Positions 46,433 through 57,161 of a DNA stretch of 64,000 nt are shown here, in pieces. The number at the start of each line of letters is the position of its first letter. Position 1 is the first letter of the stretch. Origin of the DNA: Eukaryota sp. TZLM1-RC. Lineage: Eukaryota; Protista; Metamonada: BaSk clade. Where the stretch lies: NCBI GenBank assembly GCA_040285825.1, contig JAUPSS010000003.1, forward strand, positions 1,550,001-1,614,000, given 5' to 3'. The notes under the pieces are model-generated. The model searched no databases and was not told where the DNA came from. It saw only the letters and a program-made list of their open reading frames with translations. The position numbers were made by a program, and so were the translations under genes.

Positions 46433-48375
46433 TCATCTCCTCAGCAGAGCATCTGGGCAAATGTATCTTTCCGGCCACAATTCCGCTTTTTTCTTAATTT
46501 GAATATTTTTTGCAGCGGAAATATCTCTGTCATATACTATTTGACAATCAGTACAAATACGCATCTGCCATGAGCCTGCTTGAATATTCTCGGCCATGCA
46601 ACAACTTGACATTTTGCTTGTATTAAATTCACTGGTTGACAAGTGCTTCACGTCCTTTTGATAACACAACCATTTTCTGAAAGCCCTTGCTGATCCATAT
46701 CGATTGACTTTTCGGCAATGAGAAGGGAAATTAGCAGAACCCACAGCAAGATAGAGTTGTTCAGGATGTCCAGCCAGCCTTTGAAATTTGTTGAGAGTCT
46801 CTCTTTTCGTCTGCGGTTATCAAATTTAATTCTTTTCCATTTCTGGCGATTACTTTCCAAATACACTTTCCTCCTGACCAAATTCCAATGGTTCAAAAAT
46901 TGGTGGAAATTTTGAACGGAATATTGGTTGGGAGAGTGTTTACTGGGTGAAGGTTTTGTCATGTATCTTCTGCCAGTTGGACAAGGGATAACTCCACATT
47001 GATTATCATTTAAGAAGTAACCACATAATCTTGATTGGCCAAGATCAACGCCGATAAGGGGGCTTTCAGGTAAAATTTCGACTGGATGTCTACGTCTTCG
47101 ACGGGGCATTTTTTTAGTACCCTTCAACTGTGTTTCTCTGGTTTTGTTGGCATCAGGGTCACTTTTCATTTCATTTTTTGATCTTCTTTTCTTTTTCGGT
47201 GGTTCATCCAGCTCATCTGTGTTTTCTGAGTCATTATTTTTACCTTCAAAGGTCAAAAGCAGTTCATTACCATTAGTTTTCAATAAAATTTTTTTAAATC
47301 TATTTTTCAAACTTTTTCTGTTGATATTAAATTTTTGGTAAGGACATTGTTTGAATACTCGTTTCAGACATGTATTTCTGATAAACTTTGTTTTGGAAGA
47401 TGATCCTTCAATAATTGGAAATTGTTTCACAGAGTGGAAAATTTGTGAAGGTACCTCAATAAATTTAGAACCTTTATGAGAAGCTAAAGGTATTATTCTA
47501 AATTTCTTCCAGCAATGCATATGAGAAAAGAAAGTGAGTAAGTATTGTGAAATTTTAAGATTGAAGAGAAAAAGCTCACTAATTTCCTTTGATGAAAAAG
47601 TGATTTTATCATGTGAGGACAGTAGGGAGGCAGTGGTAGGAAATCTTTGGAGGAGATTCAAGATAAACCTACATGCATTCAATAAAAAAAATCTTTCTCT
47701 TGAATTATTCAAATTGAAATTGATGAGGTATTCAAGAACAGAATCAACTACTACTTCCTCGGGTTGGACTAGTGGTTCATCTGGCAAAAGTGAAAGAATA
47801 TTATTTGCAAAGACATTTGTTTTATTCAGGGCTCTACAATGAGCACGAATAAAGTTTTTTGTCCAGGATTGACAAATTTTGGGTAAACATGTCTTAACGT
47901 TGGAGGCCAATTGACGAGCCCGACAAGCAAGGTAAGGAGAAAGCCCTTTTCTATTGATAAAATTACAGTTCTGGGACTGCAGCCAATCATTGAGGAAAAG
48001 ATTAAATGAATTTCTGTAAGGCACTAAAGAATTTTCCCACACAGAAACAAGAGACCTGTCTTGGGGGCATTCAGGAAGAAATCCATTGTAAAAGATATGG
48101 AGTAATTGGCGTTGGCCTTTAGATGTGGAAGGCTTAGGAAAAGAACCAGTGGTGATGACGGTCATAAACAGATACCATACATCCTGTTCCACTAAAGCTC
48201 TAGATGCCAACGGAAAATTTAGAAGAAAAGATTGAAGTAATAAAGAAGCTTCATGACAAATCTCGGTGACCACAGGAAGGTCAGTCCGAATTTGTTGCAC
48301 CGCTGCAGGGGTCAGCAGCGAGTTAAGTGCACAAGACCGAGTGAATACACGTGATACAGAGGGGGTGTCTGACAT
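46433..48375 (-). pseudogene. Fanzor family A copy 3, near-intact with a single 13-nt deletion frameshift at ~46800
   Basis: 575-aa ORF plus overlapping C-terminal ORF; restoring the 13 nt present in copy 1 gives 652 codons with D (GVDLG), E (SEFNTS) and D (DRD) intact. Confidence 0.92.
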
Positions 48376-48581
48376 GTAGTCAGAATAAAGAGCTCATCTA
48401 TCAAATTTTACACTTGTCACCCATTTTCGACTTCTGGTTGCCTATTCTGGGAGGTTTTTAACCCTCAACTTGGTTTTGGGAGGTTTTCACTATTCCCACA
48501 CTTTCCCCTCACTTCATAAACTAGGTTCATAAACTAGGTATCCTTTGTAAAAGTTTCTGGAATTTCAACTCTATGTAACTC

Positions 48582-49004
48582 ATGAAAGACGCTCTCAGCA
48601 TCATCAACAGATTAGTCCACGATACTTCTTTGTCTAAAGAACGTTTCTTTGTTGGTTTTGAGGATAGATTTGGCGGTGTATTCTTCCTCACTCATCACGA
48701 TTTTCTTGCCTTATCTGTACCATCTCACAGAATTCGCTACATATCTAAAGGAAACTCAATTCTCTGGTCTCGCACAAAATGAATCAACCTTATTGGCTCT
48801 GTTGCACCTTCTGTTTCTTTATTCTCATCTCCAACACCTGGTGTTCTCTCCCGATATTTTCCTCCTCATGCTACTGGTAGAAAGAATTTCCAGTTACCCT
48901 TCTTCTCTAACATTGTTTCTTGTAGTGTAGGTGTTCATCATACATTGGCACTCTCTGCTTGTGGTAATTGCTATGGATTTGGTCTGAACAAATCTACCAA
49001 TTAG
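48582..49004 (+). pseudogene. MJ1316-like domain followed in frame (through a TGA) by an RCC1 repeat
   Basis: IINRLVHD..FFVGFEDRFGG..VPSHRIRY..LWSR; after the TGA, VSCSVGVHHTLALSACGNCYGFGLN, then QLG in a shifted frame. Confidence 0.65.
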
Positions 49005-49055
49005 GCAACAACTCAATGGAAAATAAATTCCACAGCCAATGATAATAAAAATCAT

Positions 49056-49466
49056 GTTTTGTAGATTTAAATACTCAGTTCCCTTAATCCTTAAATGACC
49101 ACTTCATCTTCAACCTCTCTTCCATCATGGCGAAGGGCATTTATTGTTAATGGAGGCTCTTTTAGAGACCTTATGTGACCATGGTTCTCCTTCACAACAA
49201 ACGTGGTTCCAAAAAAAGATTGTGTGTGTAGGGTTTGTGAAGTTATAAATCAAAAAACCAACAGTAAATAATTCCAGCACACACATTTTTTAAAAATAAT
49301 CTGGCACTTGTTCTCAATAACATGATTGAATAGAATAGACACAGTTTGATTTTTGTATTGATATAACATTTTCTTAGACATTTGATTTGCTTAAAAAGTC
49401 CATTTAGAAACATTTATCACAAAAAAAGAGAATAAAACACAAGGAAAATCATTGTAGAGTTATTTT
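49056..49466. repeat. Second copy of the 32699-33109 repeat
   Basis: Direct sequence similarity. Confidence 0.8.
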
Positions 49467-50133
49467 CTTCCTCACTAGGCCCAGTGGGGAATTCAGATCC
49501 ACGCATTTGTTGAACAGATGATTAGGACATTGGAAGAAGATTTAGATAATTCAAGATTTACCGTGAATTTCTATTATCATGCATTCCCCTGTGAAATTTA
49601 CTTCTTTTTTCAACTTTGTCAATATCTACTCACAGGCTGTAAGAGAAATGTAACGTCATTTCACAAAGACAATCCTGATCTTCATCAATGGGCTACCTCA
49701 CCTAAATACACCTACTGCTTTCACAGAACAAACCCTCGCGTCTTGATGTATCTAATTGTACCCAAATCCTACTAGGCTTTTATAGATGGGTCTCAAACAC
49801 TTTTAAGAACAGTAAAAATAAAATAAAAGTTTTTCAAAAGTTTTAGTTTTTGTTCATTAAGGTTCCTCATTCATTTCCTCAACAGAGCTTATGGGCAAAT
49901 GTATTTTTTCGGCCACAATTCCGCTTTCTTCTTAATTTGAATAATTTTTGTAGCGGAAATATCTCTGTCATATAGTATTTGACACTCAGTAAAAATACGC
50001 ATGTGCCATGAGCCTGCTTGAATATTCTCGGCCATGCAACAAATGGACAATATGCTTGTATTTAACTCACTGGTTGACAAGTGTTTCACGCCCTTATGAT
50101 AACACAAACATTTTCTGAAAGCCCTAGCTGATC
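49467..50133 (-). mobile_element. Fanzor family A copy 4: C-terminal fragment, omegaRNA (49559-49794) and duplicated uridine phosphorylase exon 1
   Basis: Diverged duplicate of 46036-46697; ORF 49889-50107 has SELNTS..DRDISAT. Confidence 0.85.
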
Positions 50134-51023
50134 AAGGAACATTTCCAGGAAGAACCGAAACTTGCTCTTGTACAATGCTGACTGAAGTTGTTCTAATTTC
50201 AGAAAGAAATTAATAAACAAAGAAGAAAATGCATTTTCTATCGAATGATCTTCTATCTAAACATTCAAGGAACAACCAGTTATTCAGTTTTTTTGTAAAT
50301 TGTTTCTGATTAATGTAATTTTAAGTTCATTAATCAACTTCTAAAAATTTGTGGTGAAAGGTAGATATGTGTAGACTTGTTATGAATGAGTTTGAAGGTA
50401 GCTCCAAATGGTGGCAATACATGTTCAGAAACTAGGTGTGGACTCTGTGCTGTTAGTAAAATATGTTTATTTACAAAGCTTCTTCCAGATAGTACACAAC
50501 AGTCAAATTATCTACAGCGTGGAAGAAATCCAAGTCACTTCAGATTTCGTGAAGATAATCACAAAATAATAGACACTGAAACAAAGATGAAAAATGTGGT
50601 TGTAAGTGACATGTAAGCAAATATTGAATCATAAAAGATATTTAAATAGTTAAATTAAATTAATTAATAATTTAAATTTAAATATAATGAATAGTCTTAG
50701 AATTGAAACAGTTGAAACATGTATTAAACCATGAATTTCAACGGAATATTATATATCTGGTGGTAATTTCAATAGAGTACCTTTTAGAGATAGCATTAAT
50801 TTGATCAAGTTATCAGATGAATTATCTACTGTAGGTCCCTATTCAGATAAGTTTGTAGTTAAGCAATTCAGTTTGTTGAATGTTTTTATCACTGGTTGCA
50901 TTGTGAAGAATGAAGACCTGATTATTTAAGGTTAAGACTAGATTAGTTTATCACTGACTAGCAAAATATAGTTTTAGTTGGCATCTTGAAAAGCTAGTAT
51001 ACCTAAATTCACCCATCTTGATC

Positions 51024-51634
51024 ATGAGTCGAAGAAGCCGGCGTGACCGCAGACAAGGGAGGACGAGTCGATTTTTTTCTGCAATAGGACATGCGCTTGG
51101 GGTGCCTACAGAGGAAGAAATTGAACAACGGCGACAATGGGAGGAGCAACAGCGACGTGAACTGGAAACTGTGTTGGAACTCTTACAGCTTCCGTTTGGC
51201 ACGACATCGGATGGAAGAAGACTAGTTGAAAGACCACATCCCTTCTTTCCAGGTCTAATGATGGTTGATGTAGTTCAAGATGAAGTGCCACGGTACTCTG
51301 CTTCGTATCGAGACTCTGGAAGAGCTTCACCTCCATCTGGACGACGAACAATGCCACCTGTTCACCACGAAAGAATAGCACCTCGCCGTAATGCAGAATC
51401 AATGATTGAACAGCTACCAGAGACTTCCTTAGTCGAAGCTTCCAGTATTCAGGACAAGTCGTGTAGTATTTGTATGTGTTGATATTGTTCACTACAGGTT
51501 TAGAGTACTTCCAAGCCCGGGAGGTTCTGGTTACTATGCCCTGCTTCCATTCATTTCATAAACACTGCTTACATCGATATGCTTCTGTTTCAGAAGTTTT
51601 ACGCTGTCCAGTTTGCCGGTATTCAATGGAATGA
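51024..51634 (+). CDS. RING-H2 E3 ligase, one 26-nt intron (51472-51497)
   Basis: Splicing GTATGT..TACAG gives CSICLEYF..MPCFHSFHKHCL..RCPVCR. Confidence 0.85.
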
Positions 51635-51758
51635 TACATATCCAAAGTTTCCTTCAAGAACGTTTCCTTCAAAGTTTCCTTCAGGTGAATGAACATTTTT
51701 ATACCGTGTACCATAAAATCAAGCTCTGTGCTGATTGTTATTGAAGTGGAAACATTTA

Positions 51759-52256
51759 TTAAGACAGACACCAATAATCAAATGTGAAAACTGTATCTTT
51801 CTTATCCAATTCGAGATGATCCTGTAGGTAAACACACGGTTCATTGGACGCGCAATACTCAAAAACAAAACCTTTGTTGATACACCAACGCCTATACTGT
51901 GATTCATCGCGACTCTCGTAAATGGTACACGTCACGTCACCAACAGCTCTACGCCCAGCCCTCGTCGCAGTCTCAGGAATTCTAAAGCGGTGTACCATTT
52001 CTGAAGCATCTATAGGCAATTTCTTGCAGTTGGGCACGTCTTGAAAACAATTTTCTCCATCAAAGTAAAGGCGAAAGAGCTCAGACCCAAGGATGGCTCG
52101 ATCAAGGTCGATGACCTGCATATCTTCGTCTACTTGCGCAATGAATCTTGATATCTGATAAGGCTGTTGATGAGGACTCAGTACAGAGAGAATAAGAATC
52201 AGTACTATCAAAAAAGCCAATAAAGGAGAGACTGTTTCACTATTGAGGAGCTTCAT
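51759..52256 (-). CDS. Hypothetical secreted or membrane-anchored protein
   Basis: ATG-initiated 165-aa ORF with an N-terminal hydrophobic segment and several Cys. Confidence 0.6.
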   Translation of the reverse strand: MKLLNSETVSPLLAFLIVLILILSVLSPHQQPYQISRFIAQVDEDMQVIDLDRAILGSELFRLYFDGENCFQDVPNCKKLPIDASEMVHRFRIPETATRAGRRAVGDVTCTIYESRDESQYRRWCINKGFVFEYCASNEPCVYLQDHLELDKKDTVFTFDYWCLS

Positions 52257-52707
52257 CGTATGAACTGAGGTTTGAGCTCTGTTTTGGAACTTTACAGTTC
52301 ATCTCTGTTTTGATTTGCACTTAATAATGGGGTAATACGTTTGGTATTATAGTTGTCACAGATTTCAACAAGTTTTGTTCAATGTATGCTCTCAAATTAT
52401 TGAGAAGTTGCTAACTTTTTCACTTCCAAAGGTCTTCCATTCTAGCTTTTACGAAAAATGTACACACCAAAAACTACAGAACGAAATAACTAACAGGGAA
52501 GAGTGTATGCACTCCGTCCATTGATTTAAGAAAGGGTTAAGGTACCAAAATAACCCTGAAATGATTTGTTGGTTCCAAAATACCTTTTATTCCCAAACTG
52601 TTGTGAAATTCCCCTCTTTTTTCTCAAAAGTGGTGATCTTAGTTAATACATGTCTTCGTTGTATCGTACCAATAAAACTATATACTTCAACCTTCTATAC
52701 TTTCTAT

Positions 52708-53205
52708 CATGAGCAATTCGTCATCTGTAGACTCTGAATCAAAGTCAGACCAATAAAAAATGAGTCCCAACACGCAGAATCTGACAACACATTGGTCGCC
52801 ACTGTACAGAAGGAGTTGAGCACTTTTGATCCCCCTTTGGATTCTTCCTTTAAATCCTTCTGTGAAACATTTCCTATAGACGATGTTTTACGCAACAACG
52901 AGTCAATTCTCAATTCTGCTCCACCTTTGTTGAAATCCTGTGACTCACTGGTTATCCGTGGAGATTTATCAGAAGAACAGTTTTTTCTTCGTTACTTCTA
53001 CACCCTCAACAACCTCAACCTAAGTCAACGCAAGAACCTTCAGACTATTGAATCTGATAACGAAGAACAATCTTGTGAAGGTCTGTTTTCGGATGAACCT
53101 CTCAGCAACTCTGTAGAAGTTGCAAGTTCATTAGAAGGTCAGCAAACAACCTCATCCCCCAGTGATGAATCTGACATTGAAGATCCATCGTCTCTGTTTT
53201 CTTAA
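52708..53205 (+). CDS. BSD-domain protein; 5' end has an apparent 1-nt frameshift near 52752
   Basis: ILNSAPPLL..LVIRGDLSEEQFFLRYFY; upstream ATG 52708 is out of frame by one base near an A-rich run. Confidence 0.55.
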
Positions 53206-53478
53206 AGTTTTTCCTTTTTTTAATAAGAATGATGTTGTGTTTGTTTCATCATTATTTGTGGTGTCTATTTTGTTTCATTTGCTCTTTGTAGTTTGGGTTT
53301 ATGTCTGATGTTTTTTTGAATAAGTCTCTTTATTATTGTAGACAATCATTTTGTCTTTTACCCCAAATTTTTTATTAAATATTATTTTAATTAATCTTTA
53401 GTATGAACTTTAGTGTTCCAAATATTTTTCTGTAAATAAGTTTACCATTTTCTAATATTTACATTTAATAATAATAAC

Positions 53479-56400
53479 TTAACCCGAAAAACATATCAAA
53501 CAATGACTAGTAGAAGAACAAGACTCGTGGTGTAAATGTCCACAAAAATGACCCATAATAACTTCCGTACACCCCAATTCTGAATTACAAATACTACACA
53601 AAGCACTTGTAGAAACTTGGAAGCCAAAGTGATTACACAGATTGAGTGTATTAGGAGCTAGGATGATATTAGAATTTCCTTCTGAATTAGTAAGTGAGGC
53701 AGCGGAATTAAGAATGTTTTGTTTTAATAAAGGCATGAAATACGAATGTAACTGGTCTATGTTGCTATTTTTAGCTACATTGTAAACGTGATCAACTGGG
53801 AAGAGATTACAGAGACAATCAACAATGTTTTTTTGATTTAATTCAAACCTGTCAGTTAAAATCAAAACCGATTTAATAATATCTATTGAGTTAGAATAAG
53901 CAGAATTGAAAAATGGAAAATAATCGTAAACTTGAGGAAACTTTTCAAAAACAAACATCATCATTAAAGCAATATATTCAAAATCTCCCAAGAAATTTAC
54001 CTCAACTACCTTTGAACAAAACAAATGCATTATTTCAGAGAAGTAGCCTTTGGAAGATAACCCATAAAGACAACTTTCCAGTAGTTCAGGGCATTTTCTA
54101 CAAACAACCGTTACAAAAGTGATAATTTCTTGGTTTAACACTGAATCTAATTTGGAATTAATTATGAATGGTTGGTCAAACAAAGTCAGCTTGACTGATT
54201 GAGACGGTTTTGAAGGAAGATTACTGAGGAATTTCGACCAATGATTCTTCATAAATTCTAAATTTGAGAGAATTCCAAAGAAATCTGAGTCAGGAAGATC
54301 TAATAATTCAAGACAAAGATCTTCAAAATTCATAACAATCATTGATAACTGCCAAAATGAAAGTCCTGTGAGAATATGGAAATGTTTAATAAAAGAGAGA
54401 CCGATCACACTCTGGGTTTTGAGTGCGTTGAGACATTTGAAGAAGGGGTGATTGAAAATGAGACTATTTCCAGAAGAATTAAAAAACTCAGAAAAGATGG
54501 GATTGGAATGGGTAAATTGGGAATAATTAAATGAAATCAAGAATTTAAAAGCTTTTTCATAATGATGACGTGACACTAGGTCAAAAATACCCAAAACATT
54601 CAGAAATTTGAAAGAATTCTCCAATTCAAAAAGTTTTGTAATGGTACAGGTGAAAGATTCTTCAGTACTGAGTGAACATTTTGTGCCCGCAATGCAATCA
54701 GAACAAAAACAAAGGTCAAAATTCAAAAGAAAACTATTGACTAGGTCAAAAATAACTGGAACAGATTGGACCAGGTCAGAAAATTTGATTGACGAATAAT
54801 CGACAGTTCCCTCGGCAAAAGGACTCAAAATTAGAGACAAAAGGTCATAATTACTTTGACTCTCAATGACTGAAATAAACTTGAACCAAAGTAGAACAAA
54901 ATCTTGGCGTTCTTTTGACGAAAATGTGTGATCTATCAAATTTTGATTGATTGAGTTTAATTGATCAATCAACGACACCGATGACGTTTCAGAGAGTTCA
55001 AAACAATCAAAATCCAAATCCTCCAAAAAATCGATACATTCAAGCCGTTCTTCTTCTGTTTGCAAAAATACCAAATTTTCACCAATGAGCTCTTTTTTGT
55101 CATCTTCCACATCTGACACGCTTGACATATTGGTACTTCCATCATCACTATTATACAAATCATTTTTGATTGACAAACGCCAATCAATTGAATGATTTCT
55201 ATCTGCTGGAGTGATTGCTACCCTCCTTCTACTCTTTCTTCTTGGAACAACCTTCTTGACTACTTCTGCTGTAATGACTGCCTCAGAAGACACGTCATCT
55301 TCACGTGTGGGGGACGGAGAATTTGATCGAATGAGGTCATTTTGAGCCTCTGCACTGGGATCAAAATTTGGAACAAAACAATCAAAATCAAATGATTCAC
55401 ACAATTTCTTCTCTTTCTTCATCAATTCTAACTCAGATTTATAATCAATCAAACGTCGAGTCACGTCATCACCAACACCAGAATCAATCAATTTGTCAAT
55501 CAAATCCACATCATCAAACTGTTCATCAATAATGAAACTACAAAGCTCACCATACCGTTCTTCCTTCATCAACAACTGCACTTTATCTTCACCAACAATT
55601 TCCTTCACCAAAGAGACTGTTCTACCATCAGAATGTAAAAGAAAAAGATTGTCAGACTTTGGATGGGTGGTGAGATCTAGTATGGAGCAGTGAAGAAAAG
55701 AAATAAGAAAAGAGTCACAAAGAGGGTCAAAAATAAGAAATCCATTGACTGATTGAGACACTATATACCGAGAATGAAAAATTGAGAGTTTGCCAATCAA
55801 AATTGATGAAATGACATCATCTGATTGACGTTGATTGATTGATTTCTGATCCTCGACACACTGAAAGGGCACAGCTTTTCTCAACCCCATAGACTTACTC
55901 TTTCCTCTTTCATTAACAATGTATAATAAACTACTTTTAGAAACAAAAGCTCGGAGTAGTTCAGAGTCTTCGGAAGTCAAAAGACCTCCCGAATTATGAG
56001 TTACTAGACCAGAATCACCCTTGACTTTGAAAGAAACTGGTTTGACTGAAGTTGACACCGTGTCTCGCTCAAAATCAATTGTGATCAACATGACATCATT
56101 GATTAGGGAAGGGTCAGAACTCGATCTTTTTTGATCTTTTTTGATTGATTGAGTGACCACCAGTAACGTGTTGCTTCTAGAATGATAGTCCATTTGAATA
56201 GGAGTTTGACCTAATGTGATTGTAGTTGATTGATTTAAATGACCATTTCTGAATTTAGACACAACTACATTGTTCCCCTCTCCGTAGAACAATAAACTAC
56301 CATCAAATGACCAAGATAAAGAGCTGATTGGAGAGTGGCACTTGTTATGTGACAGGTGCCTAAAGTTACCTTCTGAAACAGAAAAAATATGTAGAGAGTC

Positions 56401-56679
56401 CTCAGATGACGCTACAGCGAGGTAGTGGACATCAGGATTGGATTCAGTAGACATGTGTAGTGGAGAAATGAGTGATACAGAGCCACGGAGGAGTGAATGT
56501 GAACCAAAACCAATATAGGAGCAATCAATAATGTCAAACATGTATATTGACGATGTATTAGTACCTAAAAAAAGATGGGAATTAGACATTGCTATAGAAG
56601 AGAAACGAGTACGCTTGGAGCCTTGGAAGACAGAGGAAAACTCCGGAATCGTGGTGGTCTGAAAGAGACTCATTACCAT
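53479..56679 (-). CDS. WD40 + solenoid + RING protein, HPS5/TECPR2/VPS41-like
   Basis: N-terminal beta-propeller (SIAMSNSHLFLGT, LSWSFDG..FYG); C-terminal CSIC..FCGHLHHESC..CLIC. Confidence 0.7.
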   Translation of the reverse strand: MVMSLFQTTTIPEFSSVFQGSKRTRFSSIAMSNSHLFLGTNTSSIYMFDIIDCSYIGFGSHSLLRGSVSLISPLHMSTESNPDVHYLAVASSEDSLHIFSVSEGNFRHLSHNKCHSPISSLSWSFDGSLLFYGEGNNVVVSKFRNGHLNQSTTITLGQTPIQMDYHSRSNTLLVVTQSIKKDQKRSSSDPSLINDVMLITIDFERDTVSTSVKPVSFKVKGDSGLVTHNSGGLLTSEDSELLRAFVSKSSLLYIVNERGKSKSMGLRKAVPFQCVEDQKSINQRQSDDVISSILIGKLSIFHSRYIVSQSVNGFLIFDPLCDSFLISFLHCSILDLTTHPKSDNLFLLHSDGRTVSLVKEIVGEDKVQLLMKEERYGELCSFIIDEQFDDVDLIDKLIDSGVGDDVTRRLIDYKSELELMKKEKKLCESFDFDCFVPNFDPSAEAQNDLIRSNSPSPTREDDVSSEAVITAEVVKKVVPRRKSRRRVAITPADRNHSIDWRLSIKNDLYNSDDGSTNMSSVSDVEDDKKELIGENLVFLQTEEERLECIDFLEDLDFDCFELSETSSVSLIDQLNSINQNLIDHTFSSKERQDFVLLWFKFISVIESQSNYDLLSLILSPFAEGTVDYSSIKFSDLVQSVPVIFDLVNSFLLNFDLCFCSDCIAGTKCSLSTEESFTCTITKLFELENSFKFLNVLGIFDLVSRHHYEKAFKFLISFNYSQFTHSNPIFSEFFNSSGNSLIFNHPFFKCLNALKTQSVIGLSFIKHFHILTGLSFWQLSMIVMNFEDLCLELLDLPDSDFFGILSNLEFMKNHWSKFLSNLPSKPSQSVKLTLFDQPFIINSKLDSVLNQEIITFVTVVCRKCPELLESCLYGLSSKGYFSEIMHLFCSKVVEVNFLGDFEYIALMMMFVFEKFPQVYDYFPFFNSAYSNSIDIIKSVLILTDRFELNQKNIVDCLCNLFPVDHVYNVAKNSNIDQLHSYFMPLLKQNILNSAASLTNSEGNSNIILAPNTLNLCNHFGFQVSTSALCSICNSELGCTEVIMGHFCGHLHHESCSSTSHCLICFSG

Positions 56680-57161
56680 TGGCTAATCCAGAAGGCAGCA
56701 GGAGAGATATTGAATCGAAGAGGTGATGAAATTGAATCAAACCTTCTTCAACCTTTGAAACCCTTCAACGATCCATCTCATCACTTCCTTTGTGTAATCA
56801 GAAGCCCACCAAAAATATGTCAAGATTCACGAATGCGTGGATTTTAAACAACAGTATTAGTTTAAATCAAGTTCATTGTCCCACAGATTATGCAATTTTA
56901 CAATACATTTGGAGCAGTCATCGCCTTGCTTTATTACACAATTACTTCCAAAAATAGTTTGAATGTAGGATATTGAGACTGTGAAATTGAGTTGAAATTG
57001 CATTTGTAAACTTTGTATAAGTAGTGATTTCCATCATGTTGTTTTATGTCCCAATTAGATCACATTATATCTTCTTTTCTCGATTCTTGAAAAATTTTCA
57101 AGAGTAATGGAACTGCCAATCAACTCTTTTTGTCTCGTTTGAAGATTTAGAATTTTAAGTT

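Noticed and set aside
48513-48540. Helitron-like CTRR end or TA target-site duplication for family A
   Set aside because: Flanking bases are inconsistent between copies 1 and 3, so the left end and mobilising enzyme cannot be defined from this window
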